A stretch of 51,722 nt of DNA, filler included, from Nitrospinota bacterium (GTDB taxonomy: Bacteria > JADFOP01), in the NCBI GenBank assembly GCA_022562795.1. It is 3 parts of 3 records of this genome, joined end to end, with 100 filler letters (N's around TTAATTAATTAA, not from the genome) between each part and the next. Parts side by side here need not be neighbours in the genome. Positions count along the whole stretch, not along the records: positions 17,524 to 34,581 come from JADFOP010000044.1; 2 more parts are not named here. One strand, 5' to 3'. The notes under the pieces are model-generated. The model was not told the origin of the DNA, made no database searches, and worked only from the letters and a program-made list of their open reading frames with translations. A program made the position numbers and the translations under genes. Below are positions 19,825 through 28,291 of the stretch, one piece after another; position 1 is the first letter of the stretch; the number at the start of each line of letters is the position of its first letter.

Positions 19825-20334
19825 TTACTGCGCCTCGAAGGACTCCAGGCGGAGCGCTACTGGGTCGCCCTCCTCCACCGAGCCCATAACGAGAATCTCT
19901 TTCCCTTCAAGCTCTGCTCTGACCTGCAGGTTCTTAAGGACGTCGTTGTCGATGAGCGCGAAGGTCTGCGCGCTACCAGCGGCCTGGAAGACCGGGCTCC
20001 CTCCGCGGCTTGCCACCATCCCCCGCACCCTGGCCTTCATCCACGTGGGGGTAAAGCCGGTATCTTTAATGGCGCCTCGCAGGAGCTCCGGCTTCAGGGG
20101 AGCCCCCTCTTTCAGCGTAATCGTCCCCATCGCATCTTCTAAACTGACCTCAACTTTATCCACGCCTTCCAGGCGGGCGAGGGCCTTACGGGCCCCGTAA
20201 GCTCACGTGGGTCAGACCATGCCGTCGATGCCCATGGTCACCTGGACGGCCTGAGCCTGGGCCGCCGTCGGGAACACCATCCCCGCCACGAGCAGGCCTG
20301 CGAGCATAAGCCAGATGAACCGGTATTTTGCCAT
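19825..20334 (-). CDS. Exported heavy-metal-associated (HMA) protein with two in-frame TGA codons in the metal-binding motif; putative UxxU selenoprotein, 169 aa
   Basis: RBS AAGGAG, ATG at 20334, signal peptide MAKYRFIWLMLAGLLVAGMVFPTAAQA, then QAVQVTMGIDGMV*PT*AYGARKALARLEGVDKVEVSL...LRGAIKDTGFTP. The TGAs are at 20214-20212 (codon 41) and 20205-20203 (codon 44), in frame with the listed ORF 19825-20163. Confidence 0.85.
20163..20201 (-). promoter_or_regulatory. Two candidate bacterial SECIS hairpins
   Basis: mRNA CUUACGG-GGC-CCGUAAG (20201-20185) starts after a 10-nt spacer from UGA1. CGCCU-GGA-AGGCG (20175-20163) has its loop about 32 nt after UGA2. Both loops start with G. Confidence 0.55.
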
Positions 20335-20361
20335 GACCTGTTTTCTCCTTCACCAAAGTGG

Positions 20362-21258
20362 TTAAAATAAGTAGCGCAGCCCTAAGAGGACATTGTAGTC
20401 CGTCTCCGGCTGCGTTCCGTTAAGCTCTTGCACGACTGGAAGTTGGACCGAGCCCTCAACAATAACCGTGTTGATTAGGAACTGGAGTCCCGGAGCGACG
20501 AAAATGGTGTCGCCCCCCGAGTTTTCCACCTTCCGGCCGGCGAGCTCGTGTTTCTCCACGTGCTTTCCGTTGAGCTCCACGGTGAGGTTGAGCTGGGAGT
20601 TTTCAATTTGAGGCGGAAAAATCTGATACTGGTACGTGAGGTCATAGCGGACGGTATCGCCGAGCTCGAACTCCTCACCTTTGGTGTTTATCTGGTACTG
20701 CGCCCCGCCTTCGAGGCTGTGGGTGCGTCCGGTCCGCCCGAGGGCTACCCCGAAGAACGGATCGACGGAGCCAGAGCCCAGCTGAAGCGAGATGGGCAGG
20801 AGGGCCCCGAGGTTATCCCTCTCGCTATCCGAGCCCGTCGGGACCTCCAGTCCCCCAAAGACCGCCGCCTGAGTAACCCCGAACGGAACGTCCTTGTGCC
20901 AAAACCGGTATTTACCCGTCACCCGGACGTCGCCCAGCCCGTGGGTGGAGCGGACGGAGGTCGTCCCGCCGCTGGTCACCTTCAGCCGCTTCTCCACGTA
21001 GGGAACCGCCACCGCCAGCGTGGCATCGGGCATGATCTGGTACTGGGCGATAGCCGGAATCCTGTATATATCAAGCTCTTTCGAGCCGTCTTCCTTGTGG
21101 ACCAGCTCCCCGAAGGTCCTGAGAGCCGTTCCCTCCACAAAGGTCGTCCGGGGAGAAAGCCCCCGAATGGGGGCCGCCCACGACTCAATCGGGAGGAGCG
21201 ACAGTAGGAGAACCAGCAGAGTTACCAGCCTAATGGCGCCAATTCCTTTCACGACCAC
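20362..21258 (-). CDS. Outer-membrane beta-barrel transporter (Phenol_MetA_deg / SphA-like)
   Basis: Signal peptide, VPYV...GLGDVRVTGKYRF...VPTG...LQLGSGSVD, amphipathic strands and C-terminal LGLRYLF. Confidence 0.75.
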   Translation of the reverse strand: MVVKGIGAIRLVTLLVLLLSLLPIESWAAPIRGLSPRTTFVEGTALRTFGELVHKEDGSKELDIYRIPAIAQYQIMPDATLAVAVPYVEKRLKVTSGGTTSVRSTHGLGDVRVTGKYRFWHKDVPFGVTQAAVFGGLEVPTGSDSERDNLGALLPISLQLGSGSVDPFFGVALGRTGRTHSLEGGAQYQINTKGEEFELGDTVRYDLTYQYQIFPPQIENSQLNLTVELNGKHVEKHELAGRKVENSGGDTIFVAPGLQFLINTVIVEGSVQLPVVQELNGTQPETDYNVLLGLRYLF

Positions 21259-21262
21259 GTCC

Positions 21263-21532
21263 TCACTCGACTCCGACTCCCACCTCCCGCAGGACCGCCT
21301 CGCTCACGGTAGAGCGCGTGCAGCACTCCGCCAGACGGCCGTCAACCACCACAGCCGGGACGGCGTTGACGCCGTATCCCCGGGCCCGGCTTACGGCCTC
21401 GCCGTCGGCCCTGAGATCGTGGACCACAACCTCGCAGGATGGGCAGGCGAGCCCCTTAACCAGCGCGACCGCATCCTCGCACAGCGGGCATCCCGCCGTG
21501 AAGACTTCCACCTGTCGTTTCACCGATGTCAT
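21263..21532 (-). CDS. Small Cys-rich thioredoxin/glutaredoxin-like protein
   Basis: VEVFTAGCPLC...LACPSC...YGVNAVPAVVVDGRLAECC, with RBS AAAGGAGG. Confidence 0.85.
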   Translation of the reverse strand: MTSVKRQVEVFTAGCPLCEDAVALVKGLACPSCEVVVHDLRADGEAVSRARGYGVNAVPAVVVDGRLAECCTRSTVSEAVLREVGVGVE

Positions 21533-21603
21533 TAGTGTTTCCTCCTTTGCTGTTGGTATCGGCCGAGCCCTTGAAAAGAAGGGCAACGACGCTTTATATT
21601 CTG

Positions 21604-21635
21604 AATATAGAGATTCCAGCTAACTGGAAGGTCAA
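21604..21635 (-). promoter_or_regulatory. MerR-type promoter/operator
   Basis: Minus strand TTGACC-N20-TATATT with the dyad TTCCAG-TTAG-CTGGAA (21629-21614) inside the elongated spacer. A MerR-family gene is adjacent and divergent. Confidence 0.8.
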
Positions 21636-21663
21636 GAAGAAAAGGGAAAAAAGGAGAAAAAAA

Positions 21664-22071
21664 ATGGCCGATGGGCAAAAATTATTGATCGGCGAGGCGG
21701 CTAGGCGGGCGGACCTCAACCCGAAAACCATCAGGTTCTACGAGGAGATGGGCCTGATCTCACCGCTGGGGCGCACTCCCAAGGGCTATCGCCTCTTTGA
21801 CGAGGAGGCGGTATCCCGTCTAGGCTTCATAAAGAAGGCTCAGGCCCTCGGCTTCACCCTGACGGAGATCGGCGAGATTCTGGCTCTCAGGGACGGCGGG
21901 GCCATGCCGTGCGACCACGTGGAGGTCGAGGTGACCCGCAAGGTGGCGGCTATCGAGGAGCGGATCGCCGAGCTTACCCGCCTCAAGACTTCTCTGGAGA
22001 CCCTCCTTGAGAGGTGGAAGGAGGCGGAAGCCTCCGGCGCCGCCGTCTGCCCCCGCATCGAGTGGACCTAG
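21664..22071 (+). CDS. MerR-family heavy-metal-responsive regulator
   Basis: LLIGEAARRADLNPKTIRFYEEMGLI...GYRLF...FIKKAQALGFTLTEI...PCDHV...VCPRIE. Confidence 0.92.
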   Translation: MADGQKLLIGEAARRADLNPKTIRFYEEMGLISPLGRTPKGYRLFDEEAVSRLGFIKKAQALGFTLTEIGEILALRDGGAMPCDHVEVEVTRKVAAIEERIAELTRLKTSLETLLERWKEAEASGAAVCPRIEWT

Positions 22072-22793
22072 CGCAACAAAAACCGGATCGCCACAATAAG
22101 GATTGCCGCCATGACGACCCGCTGGAGAGTCGCCTCGGGGAGGCGCATGAGGCCTCTTCGGCCGATCCAGGCCCCGGCGAAGGCGCATACAACGAGCGGC
22201 GGGACCAGCCAGTAGAGCTCGGCAGGCAGCGCCCCCCATGGCAGGTAGACCGAGAGGCGGGCAGTATCGACGGCCACGGCGATGGCGGCCGAGGTCCCGA
22301 TGTAGGCCTCCTTGCTGAGCGGCGTGGCGATGAGGAAGGCCCCTCGGATGGCCCCTCCGAGGCCGATGAGCCCGCTGGTGAAGCCCGAAAGGATCCCTCC
22401 GACGACGAGGGCCTTATCGCTCGTCGGCACCCGCCAGGAGCGGCCCGCGAGCGACGAGACGGCGTAGGCCCCAAGAAAGAGGCCGAAGGCGAGCCGTAAA
22501 GGCCGAGTCCCCGAAAGCATGGTCAACAGAAACGCCCCCAATGCCGCGGCCAGCAGGCTCGGCGCGCCGTAGATAGCCGCCGTTCGCCGGTCGACATGGC
22601 TCCGCATGAACCAGAGACGGGAGGCATTGGCGAGGAAGTGGAAGATGGCCACCAGGACGATGGCTGGCTCGAGCGCGACAAACAGGGTCGTGAAGGGCAG
22701 CAGCACCGTGGCCGTGCCGAACCCTGTCACCGCCGCCATGGCCGAGGCGAAGAGAGCGACGGCGAAGAAAGCTGAAGCGGCGATAAAACCCAT
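22068..22793 (-). CDS. Sulfite exporter TauE/SafE (TSUP) family protein
   Basis: Multi-TM protein with TGFGTA and SGLIGLGGAIR glycine motifs. Convergent with the MerR gene, sharing the CTAG stop palindrome. Confidence 0.8.
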   Translation of the reverse strand: MGFIAASAFFAVALFASAMAAVTGFGTATVLLPFTTLFVALEPAIVLVAIFHFLANASRLWFMRSHVDRRTAAIYGAPSLLAAALGAFLLTMLSGTRPLRLAFGLFLGAYAVSSLAGRSWRVPTSDKALVVGGILSGFTSGLIGLGGAIRGAFLIATPLSKEAYIGTSAAIAVAVDTARLSVYLPWGALPAELYWLVPPLVVCAFAGAWIGRRGLMRLPEATLQRVVMAAILIVAIRFLLR

Positions 22794-22807
22794 GGGACAC
22801 CCCGAGG

Positions 22808-23833
22808 CTACGGTCCGTCTGATAACGCTTTGAGGATCTCATCCCGCTCGTAGCGCGGAAGGGGGCGCTCGGCCCCGTCGGCCCCGACGAGCAGGCAGCC
22901 GTCCGCCTCCTCGGTGGTCCGGCCTATGGTGGCCACCTCGACCCCGGCTCGTGCGACCGCCCGCCGGGCGGCCTCGGCGGCCTCGGGCCTGCAGGCGATG
23001 AGAAGGGCCCCCGAGGCGATAGTCCCCAGGGGATCGATGCCGAAGGCATCGCAAATCGCGCGGCCCTCGCTCACGATGGGGATGGCGGCCTCTTCGAGCC
23101 GCACGCCGACACCCGCCGCGCGGGCGAGCTCGTGGCAGGCCTGGGCGAGGCCCCCTTCGGTGGGGTCGTGCATGGCGCTCACTCCCTCGACGGCGGCGGC
23201 CGCAAGGGCCTCGTCTACCACATTGATCCCAGGCTCGACCAAGAGCGAGGCAGCCCGGGCGATGACCTCTTCTGCCACCCCTTTGGCCCTGAGCGAGGCG
23301 GCGCAGTCGGTGGCCAGGATGGCGGTCCCTTCTAGGGGGACCGCCTTGGTCAGTAGCAGCACGTCTCCGGCCTCGGCCCCAGAGGTTGTTATGAGCCGTC
23401 TTCCGTCAGTCTCGCCCAACATGGTTCCGGACAGGATGGGCCTCTCCAGGCCCCGGCTCACCTCGGTGTGGCCCCCTATGACGGCGACCCCCAAGGCCCG
23501 GCAGGCCCGGCCCACCTGATCGGCAAGGGCTGAGGCCATACTCCAGTCAGCAGAGCCCTCCGGCATACAGCAGGTCCATAGAAACCAGCGGGGCCGAGCT
23601 CCGTAGACGGCGACATCGTTGGCGTTAACCGCCACGACGTAGGCGCCCGGCTCTTTGGTGGCGAAGGTGATGGGGTCACTGGCCACTACGAGGTAGCTCT
23701 CCCCGAGGTCCAGCACAGCGGCGTCCTCGCCCGGGGCAGGGCCGACCACCAGCCGCTCGTCGGCCGTGGGGAGGCGCTCCAAGAGGCGGGCCAGCTGGTC
23801 CAGGGTGAGCTTTCCCTCGGCAAGAGGCTCCAT
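22808..23833 (-). CDS. AIR-synthase-family (HypE-like) protein
   Basis: GKL...VGPAPGEDAAV...ASDPIT...VNANDVA...GGHTEV...AMHDPTEGGL...DPLGTIASGALL. Confidence 0.85.
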   Translation of the reverse strand: MEPLAEGKLTLDQLARLLERLPTADERLVVGPAPGEDAAVLDLGESYLVVASDPITFATKEPGAYVVAVNANDVAVYGARPRWFLWTCCMPEGSADWSMASALADQVGRACRALGVAVIGGHTEVSRGLERPILSGTMLGETDGRRLITTSGAEAGDVLLLTKAVPLEGTAILATDCAASLRAKGVAEEVIARAASLLVEPGINVVDEALAAAAVEGVSAMHDPTEGGLAQACHELARAAGVGVRLEEAAIPIVSEGRAICDAFGIDPLGTIASGALLIACRPEAAEAARRAVARAGVEVATIGRTTEEADGCLLVGADGAERPLPRYERDEILKALSDGP

Positions 23834-23968
23834 GGGCTTGCCCTCAAGCGGCCATAAGGTAACAGCAGCCCCGGTGGTTTGCAAGGGCTCGGAAGGCGCT
23901 CCATCCCCTTCCACGACAAGGTGCGCGTTCCCCTAGGTAACCGTAACGGATTTACCTATAAAACGATG

Positions 23969-25192
23969 TTAATTAGAGGCCGCTACCTGGAATATTCGCT
24001 TTTTCCCGACCTTGATGAGATACGACGCGCTGGGCGGCGGAGGCAACTCGAGCTCGGAATCTGTAATGCGCTCCCCGTCGATGGAGACAGCCCCCTGGTC
24101 GATCAGACGGCGGGCCTCGCTCGAGCTGGCTGCCGCCCCGACGGCTACGAGAAGCTTCGGCAGCCACATGAGATCGTCCTCCCAAGGTACCTCCACGGCG
24201 GGGATCTCGTCGGGCAGCCCGCCTTCGCGAAAGACCAAATCGAACTCCTCGGCGGCGCGACGGGCGGCTTGCTCCGAATGGAATCTGGCGACGATCTCCT
24301 CGGCCAGCGCCACCTTCGCATCCCTGGGGTTCATCTGCCCGGCTTGACACTGCTCCTTCCACGAGAGGACCTCGCTCCGAGATCGGTCGGAGAGCAGTTC
24401 AAAGTAGCGCCACATGAGATCGTCCGAGACGCTCATGAGCTTGCCGAAGATCTCCCGTGGGGGCTCGTCAATGCCGATGTAGTTGCCGAGACTCTTGGAC
24501 ATTTTCTGGACGCCGTCGGTCCCCTCCAACAGGGGCATGGTGATGACGATCTGTGGCGGCTGGCCGTAAGACCGTTGGAGGTCGCGGCCGACAAGGAGGT
24601 TGAACTTCTGGTCCGTCCCTCCCAGCTCGACGTCGGCCTGAAGGGCCACCGAGTCGTAGCCCTGAATCAGAGGGTAGAGGAACTCGTGGATGGCTATCGG
24701 ACGATGGTCGGTGAAGCGGCGGGAGAAGTCGTCCCGCTCAATCATCCGGTGGACGGTGTATCGCATGGCGAGCTGGATGAGACCCTCGGCGTCCATGGCG
24801 CGCATCCACCGGGAGTTGAAGTCGACGACCGTCAGCTCCGGGTCGAGAATCTTGAACATCTGCTTCCGGTAGGTCTCTGCGTTAGCCTCCACCTCTTCCC
24901 GGCTTAGAGAGCTTCGAGTCTCGGACGAGCCGCTTGGGTCGCCGATCATCCCGGTGAAGTCGCCGATGAGGAAGATAACCTCGTGGCCCAATATCTGGAA
25001 GTGGCGCAGTTTCTGAATGAGGACCGTGTGGCCTATGTGGAGATCGGGCGCTGTGGGATCGAAGCCGGCCTTGACCCGAAGCGGCCGGCCGCTCTCGACG
25101 GCCTCCTTGAGGCGGTCGGCCAATTCCACCTCGGTAAGAATCTCCTCTACCCCTTGGCGGATTAGCTCAAGCTGTTCGTCAACTGGCCGCAT
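23969..25192 (-). CDS. tyrS: Tyrosine--tRNA ligase
   Basis: [27 protein letters not shown] and a C-terminal S4-like domain. Confidence 0.97.
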   Translation of the reverse strand: MRPVDEQLELIRQGVEEILTEVELADRLKEAVESGRPLRVKAGFDPTAPDLHIGHTVLIQKLRHFQILGHEVIFLIGDFTGMIGDPSGSSETRSSLSREEVEANAETYRKQMFKILDPELTVVDFNSRWMRAMDAEGLIQLAMRYTVHRMIERDDFSRRFTDHRPIAIHEFLYPLIQGYDSVALQADVELGGTDQKFNLLVGRDLQRSYGQPPQIVITMPLLEGTDGVQKMSKSLGNYIGIDEPPREIFGKLMSVSDDLMWRYFELLSDRSRSEVLSWKEQCQAGQMNPRDAKVALAEEIVARFHSEQAARRAAEEFDLVFREGGLPDEIPAVEVPWEDDLMWLPKLLVAVGAAASSSEARRLIDQGAVSIDGERITDSELELPPPPSASYLIKVGKKRIFQVAASN

Positions 25193-25271
25193 AGGGGACG
25201 GTCCTCTGCTGGAGAGACTGCTGTGGGCTTCTACCACATCGACAGAATTGAGACAAGATGACGCCCTCGCC

Positions 25272-26543
25272 TTAAGGCTCGTCAGGGTCTGGCGTGGCTG
25301 CCGGCGGCTCGATGATTTCGACCAGTACCGACTTGACACTCCTATCATCGGCCTCATTAACTTTAAGGCGAGCCCCTCGAACCTCCACGGCTTGGCCCGG
25401 ACGAGGGATGGTCTCCAGGTGGGTGAGAAGGAAGCCGCCCAAGGTCTCATAGTCACCGAGGGGCAGCGCCAGGCCAAGCTCCTCCTCAAGGTGGTCTAGC
25501 TCCATTCGGGCATCCACCATGTAGGACCCATCCGGCAACTCTTTATACCATGCCTGCGAGGCGTCGTACTCATCATGAATCTCCCCTACAATCTCCTCGA
25601 AGAGGTCCTCGATGGTCGCGATCCCGACGGCCCCACCGTACTCGTCCACGACGACGGCCACATGCATTTTCTCTTGCTGAAGCTCGCGCAGGAGGTCGTC
25701 CTTGCGCTTTGCCTCGGGCACGTAGTGGACGGGCCTTATGATGTCCTCGATTGTGCTCACATTCTCGGGCAAGATAAGGAGGTCGAAGGCGTTGACGAGC
25801 CCGATTATGTCATAAATCTCGTCCCGGTATACCGGGATGCGGGAAAACCCGCTTGTAACGACCTTGTCAATGACCCTCTCCGGGGTTGCGTCTGCGGGCA
25901 CGGCGACGAGATTCACCAGTGGGACCATCACCTCCTTGACGGGCGTGTCCCCGAACTCGAAGATGCGCCGGATCATCAGCCGCTCCCCAACCTCCAAGTC
26001 CACTCCCCTCTCGGAGCTATGGACCAAGCTCTCGATTTCTTCCTTCGTAACGAAGGGGCTGCGGGCGGGCGCCTTACGGGCCACGAGGAGCCGAGCGACC
26101 CCTCCGACAACAATGCTGATGGGTCGAAAGGCTACCATCGCCCACCGAAGCGGGCGGATGACGCGAAGAGCCAGGCGATCAGCGTTCTCCTGAAAGATCG
26201 TCTTCGGCAAAATCTCGCCGAAGACCAAGGCAAGCGGCCACATGAGGAGGAGCGCGTATAGCTCCCCGGCCCCCCCAAAGAGGCGGATAAGTGCGACCGT
26301 AGCCAAGGTCGTCGCCACCACGACGGAGATATTCGTTCCCACCAAGGTTGTCGCTAGCAGCTGGTCAGGGACCTCGAGCAAATCAAGGAGACTTTGGGCT
26401 CGCCTGTCGCCATGGTCTGCCCGGTGACGCAACCGGATTCGGTTGGCCGAGATGACGGCTATCTCCGAGCCTGAGAAAAACCCCTCTAGGCCGACGAAGA
26501 CCGCGACTAGCAGGAGGTCTATCCAGAACCAAGCGTCGATCAT
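25272..26543 (-). CDS. CNNM (DUF21)-CBS-CorC/HlyC family membrane protein
   Basis: [29 protein letters not shown]...[18 protein letters not shown]. Confidence 0.92.
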   Translation of the reverse strand: MIDAWFWIDLLLVAVFVGLEGFFSGSEIAVISANRIRLRHRADHGDRRAQSLLDLLEVPDQLLATTLVGTNISVVVATTLATVALIRLFGGAGELYALLLMWPLALVFGEILPKTIFQENADRLALRVIRPLRWAMVAFRPISIVVGGVARLLVARKAPARSPFVTKEEIESLVHSSERGVDLEVGERLMIRRIFEFGDTPVKEVMVPLVNLVAVPADATPERVIDKVVTSGFSRIPVYRDEIYDIIGLVNAFDLLILPENVSTIEDIIRPVHYVPEAKRKDDLLRELQQEKMHVAVVVDEYGGAVGIATIEDLFEEIVGEIHDEYDASQAWYKELPDGSYMVDARMELDHLEEELGLALPLGDYETLGGFLLTHLETIPRPGQAVEVRGARLKVNEADDRSVKSVLVEIIEPPAATPDPDEP

Positions 26544-27796
26544 GGCGTCCTCTTGACCTGAACTTCCAGGATACGTAGCCCGGCGGTCTTCTCGACGGTG
26601 AATGTCAGGTTTTCATAGGAGATCGTCTCGCTAGGCTTAGGCGGGCGCCCGAAGAGATGGAACACGAACCCGCCCACGGTGTCAAATTCATCCTCGGGCA
26701 GGCTAACCTCGGTCACGGCACTCAACTCGTCTAAGGGCGCCTTGCCCGCCACCCGCCACTGCTCCCTTCCCACAAGACTGATGAGCTTGACGGCGGTGTC
26801 GAATTCGTCGGCGATCTCGCCGAAGAGCTCCTCCAGGATGTCCTCCATCGTGACGAGACCCGCCACCCCGCCGTGCTCATCGGCGACGATGGCCATATGG
26901 ACCTTCTCGGCCTGGAACTCCTGGAGCACCTCGCTGACGAGCTTCGTTTGGGGGACGAAGTAGACGGGGCTTAGGGCGTCTCGAAGGCGCCAGCTATCGC
27001 GGTCGCCCCGGCGGGTGACCTTGAGGAGGTCTTTGACGTAGAGAATCCCCACGATGTTATCCAAACGCCCTAGGTATACCGGCAATCGGGAGAAGATGGA
27101 GCGACGGACCAGGGCGAGCACGTCCTCAAAGGTCGCCTCCTCGGCGAGACAGGTCATGTCACCCCGGGGGGTCATGACTTCGCTGACTCGCGTATCGCCG
27201 AATTCGACCACCGAATGAATGAGCTCCTTTTCCTCGGCATCCAACACGCCCTCGGCATGTCCCACCTCCACGAGGGTCTTGAACTCCTCTTCGGTCAGGC
27301 GGGCCTCGCGGGCCTTTGCCTTGCTCCCCGCGAGAGGGGCAATGAGGTTGACCAGTCCGACAAAGACGACCCTCACCGGGGTGATGAGCCACCGAAAGGC
27401 CATCAATGGCCTGGCCACGAGCCTGGCGTGGGACTCTGGCCGGTGGACGGCATACGTCTTCGGGACGACCTCGCCAAACAAGAGCAGCAGGAGGATCGAA
27501 ACGGCCATCGCGTAGAACTTTCCGGCAGGCCCAAAGATACTCAACGCCACGGCGGCAACTAGGATGGAGACCGAGACGTTGACGAGTTCGTTTCCGATTA
27601 GGAGGGTCACGATGAGCTGGCGTGGCGCCTCCAGGAGCCGGGCGATTGCTCGAAGGCTTTTCACCGGCGCACTCTTATACTTTCGGACCCGAAAGGGGCT
27701 GAGGCTGAAGAGAGCAGTTTCCGATGAGGCGAAGAAGGCCGAAAGGACAAGGCAAAGGCCTATGAGCCCAAAACGCAGGAGATTTTCAGGGGCCAT
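26540..27796 (-). CDS. CNNM (DUF21)-CBS-CorC/HlyC family membrane protein (tandem paralogue)
   Basis: FFASSETALFS, FGEVVPK, FSRLPVY, DEHGG...TMEDILEELFGEIADEFD. The ATG at 27796 overlaps the upstream TGA. Confidence 0.92.
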   Translation of the reverse strand: MAPENLLRFGLIGLCLVLSAFFASSETALFSLSPFRVRKYKSAPVKSLRAIARLLEAPRQLIVTLLIGNELVNVSVSILVAAVALSIFGPAGKFYAMAVSILLLLLFGEVVPKTYAVHRPESHARLVARPLMAFRWLITPVRVVFVGLVNLIAPLAGSKAKAREARLTEEEFKTLVEVGHAEGVLDAEEKELIHSVVEFGDTRVSEVMTPRGDMTCLAEEATFEDVLALVRRSIFSRLPVYLGRLDNIVGILYVKDLLKVTRRGDRDSWRLRDALSPVYFVPQTKLVSEVLQEFQAEKVHMAIVADEHGGVAGLVTMEDILEELFGEIADEFDTAVKLISLVGREQWRVAGKAPLDELSAVTEVSLPEDEFDTVGGFVFHLFGRPPKPSETISYENLTFTVEKTAGLRILEVQVKRTP

Positions 27797-28284
27797 CACG
27801 TGACCGAAGACCCCCTCTGAGCACGCCTCGTCTGGTAGGCCTGGATTATTGGGCGGGCGATGAAGTAGGCGACGAGACCCGCTATGACACCCGACGCGAT
27901 CGCTCCAACACAAAAGGGCCAGAGCACCGGTTTTAGAGCATCCCAAATTGCTAAAATTTCCATCTCCTTCCACTCTATCCGTAAGGATGGCGGGGAGCTC
28001 CCCGTAAGGAATAGTCCAAACCAGAAAGCGCCGCCGTAGATGGGTGCGATAGTCCAGGGATTGTTCACAAAGGTGCCTGCAATAAGGACCGGGACGCTGA
28101 ACCGCCCCACCCAGGCTATGGTCAACGCCAGGATGGTGTGTACACCCATGACGGGGAAGAAGGCAAGGAAGACCCCTATGGCGAAGGCCAGGGCCACGCG
28201 ATGGGGGGAATCATCGACCCGGAAGATAGAGACGAGGCGCTCGCGGATGCTTTTGGACTGGGAGCTGGAATCTGACGAGTCCAC
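27796..28284 (-). CDS. DUF2062 family membrane protein
   Basis: DDSPHRVALAFAIGVFLAFFP...GTFVNNPWTIAPIY. Probable GTG start just after the thiL stop. Confidence 0.8.
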   Translation of the reverse strand: MDSSDSSSQSKSIRERLVSIFRVDDSPHRVALAFAIGVFLAFFPVMGVHTILALTIAWVGRFSVPVLIAGTFVNNPWTIAPIYGGAFWFGLFLTGSSPPSLRIEWKEMEILAIWDALKPVLWPFCVGAIASGVIAGLVAYFIARPIIQAYQTRRAQRGSSVT

Positions 28285-28291
28285 GGAGCTT

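Noticed and set aside
20203-20214. Genome-wide UGA reassignment (Trp or Gly) as the explanation for the in-frame TGAs
   Set aside because: TGA ends many ordinary genes here (lon, galU, ATGA/TGATG overlaps), long genes have no internal TGA, and these two fall exactly on Cys motif positions.
22068-23833. TauE and AIR-synthase-family genes as part of the selenium/metal system
   Set aside because: They end the housekeeping run, convergent on merR, and the AIR-synthase protein lacks the SelD QTSGGLL signature. Proximity is the only link.
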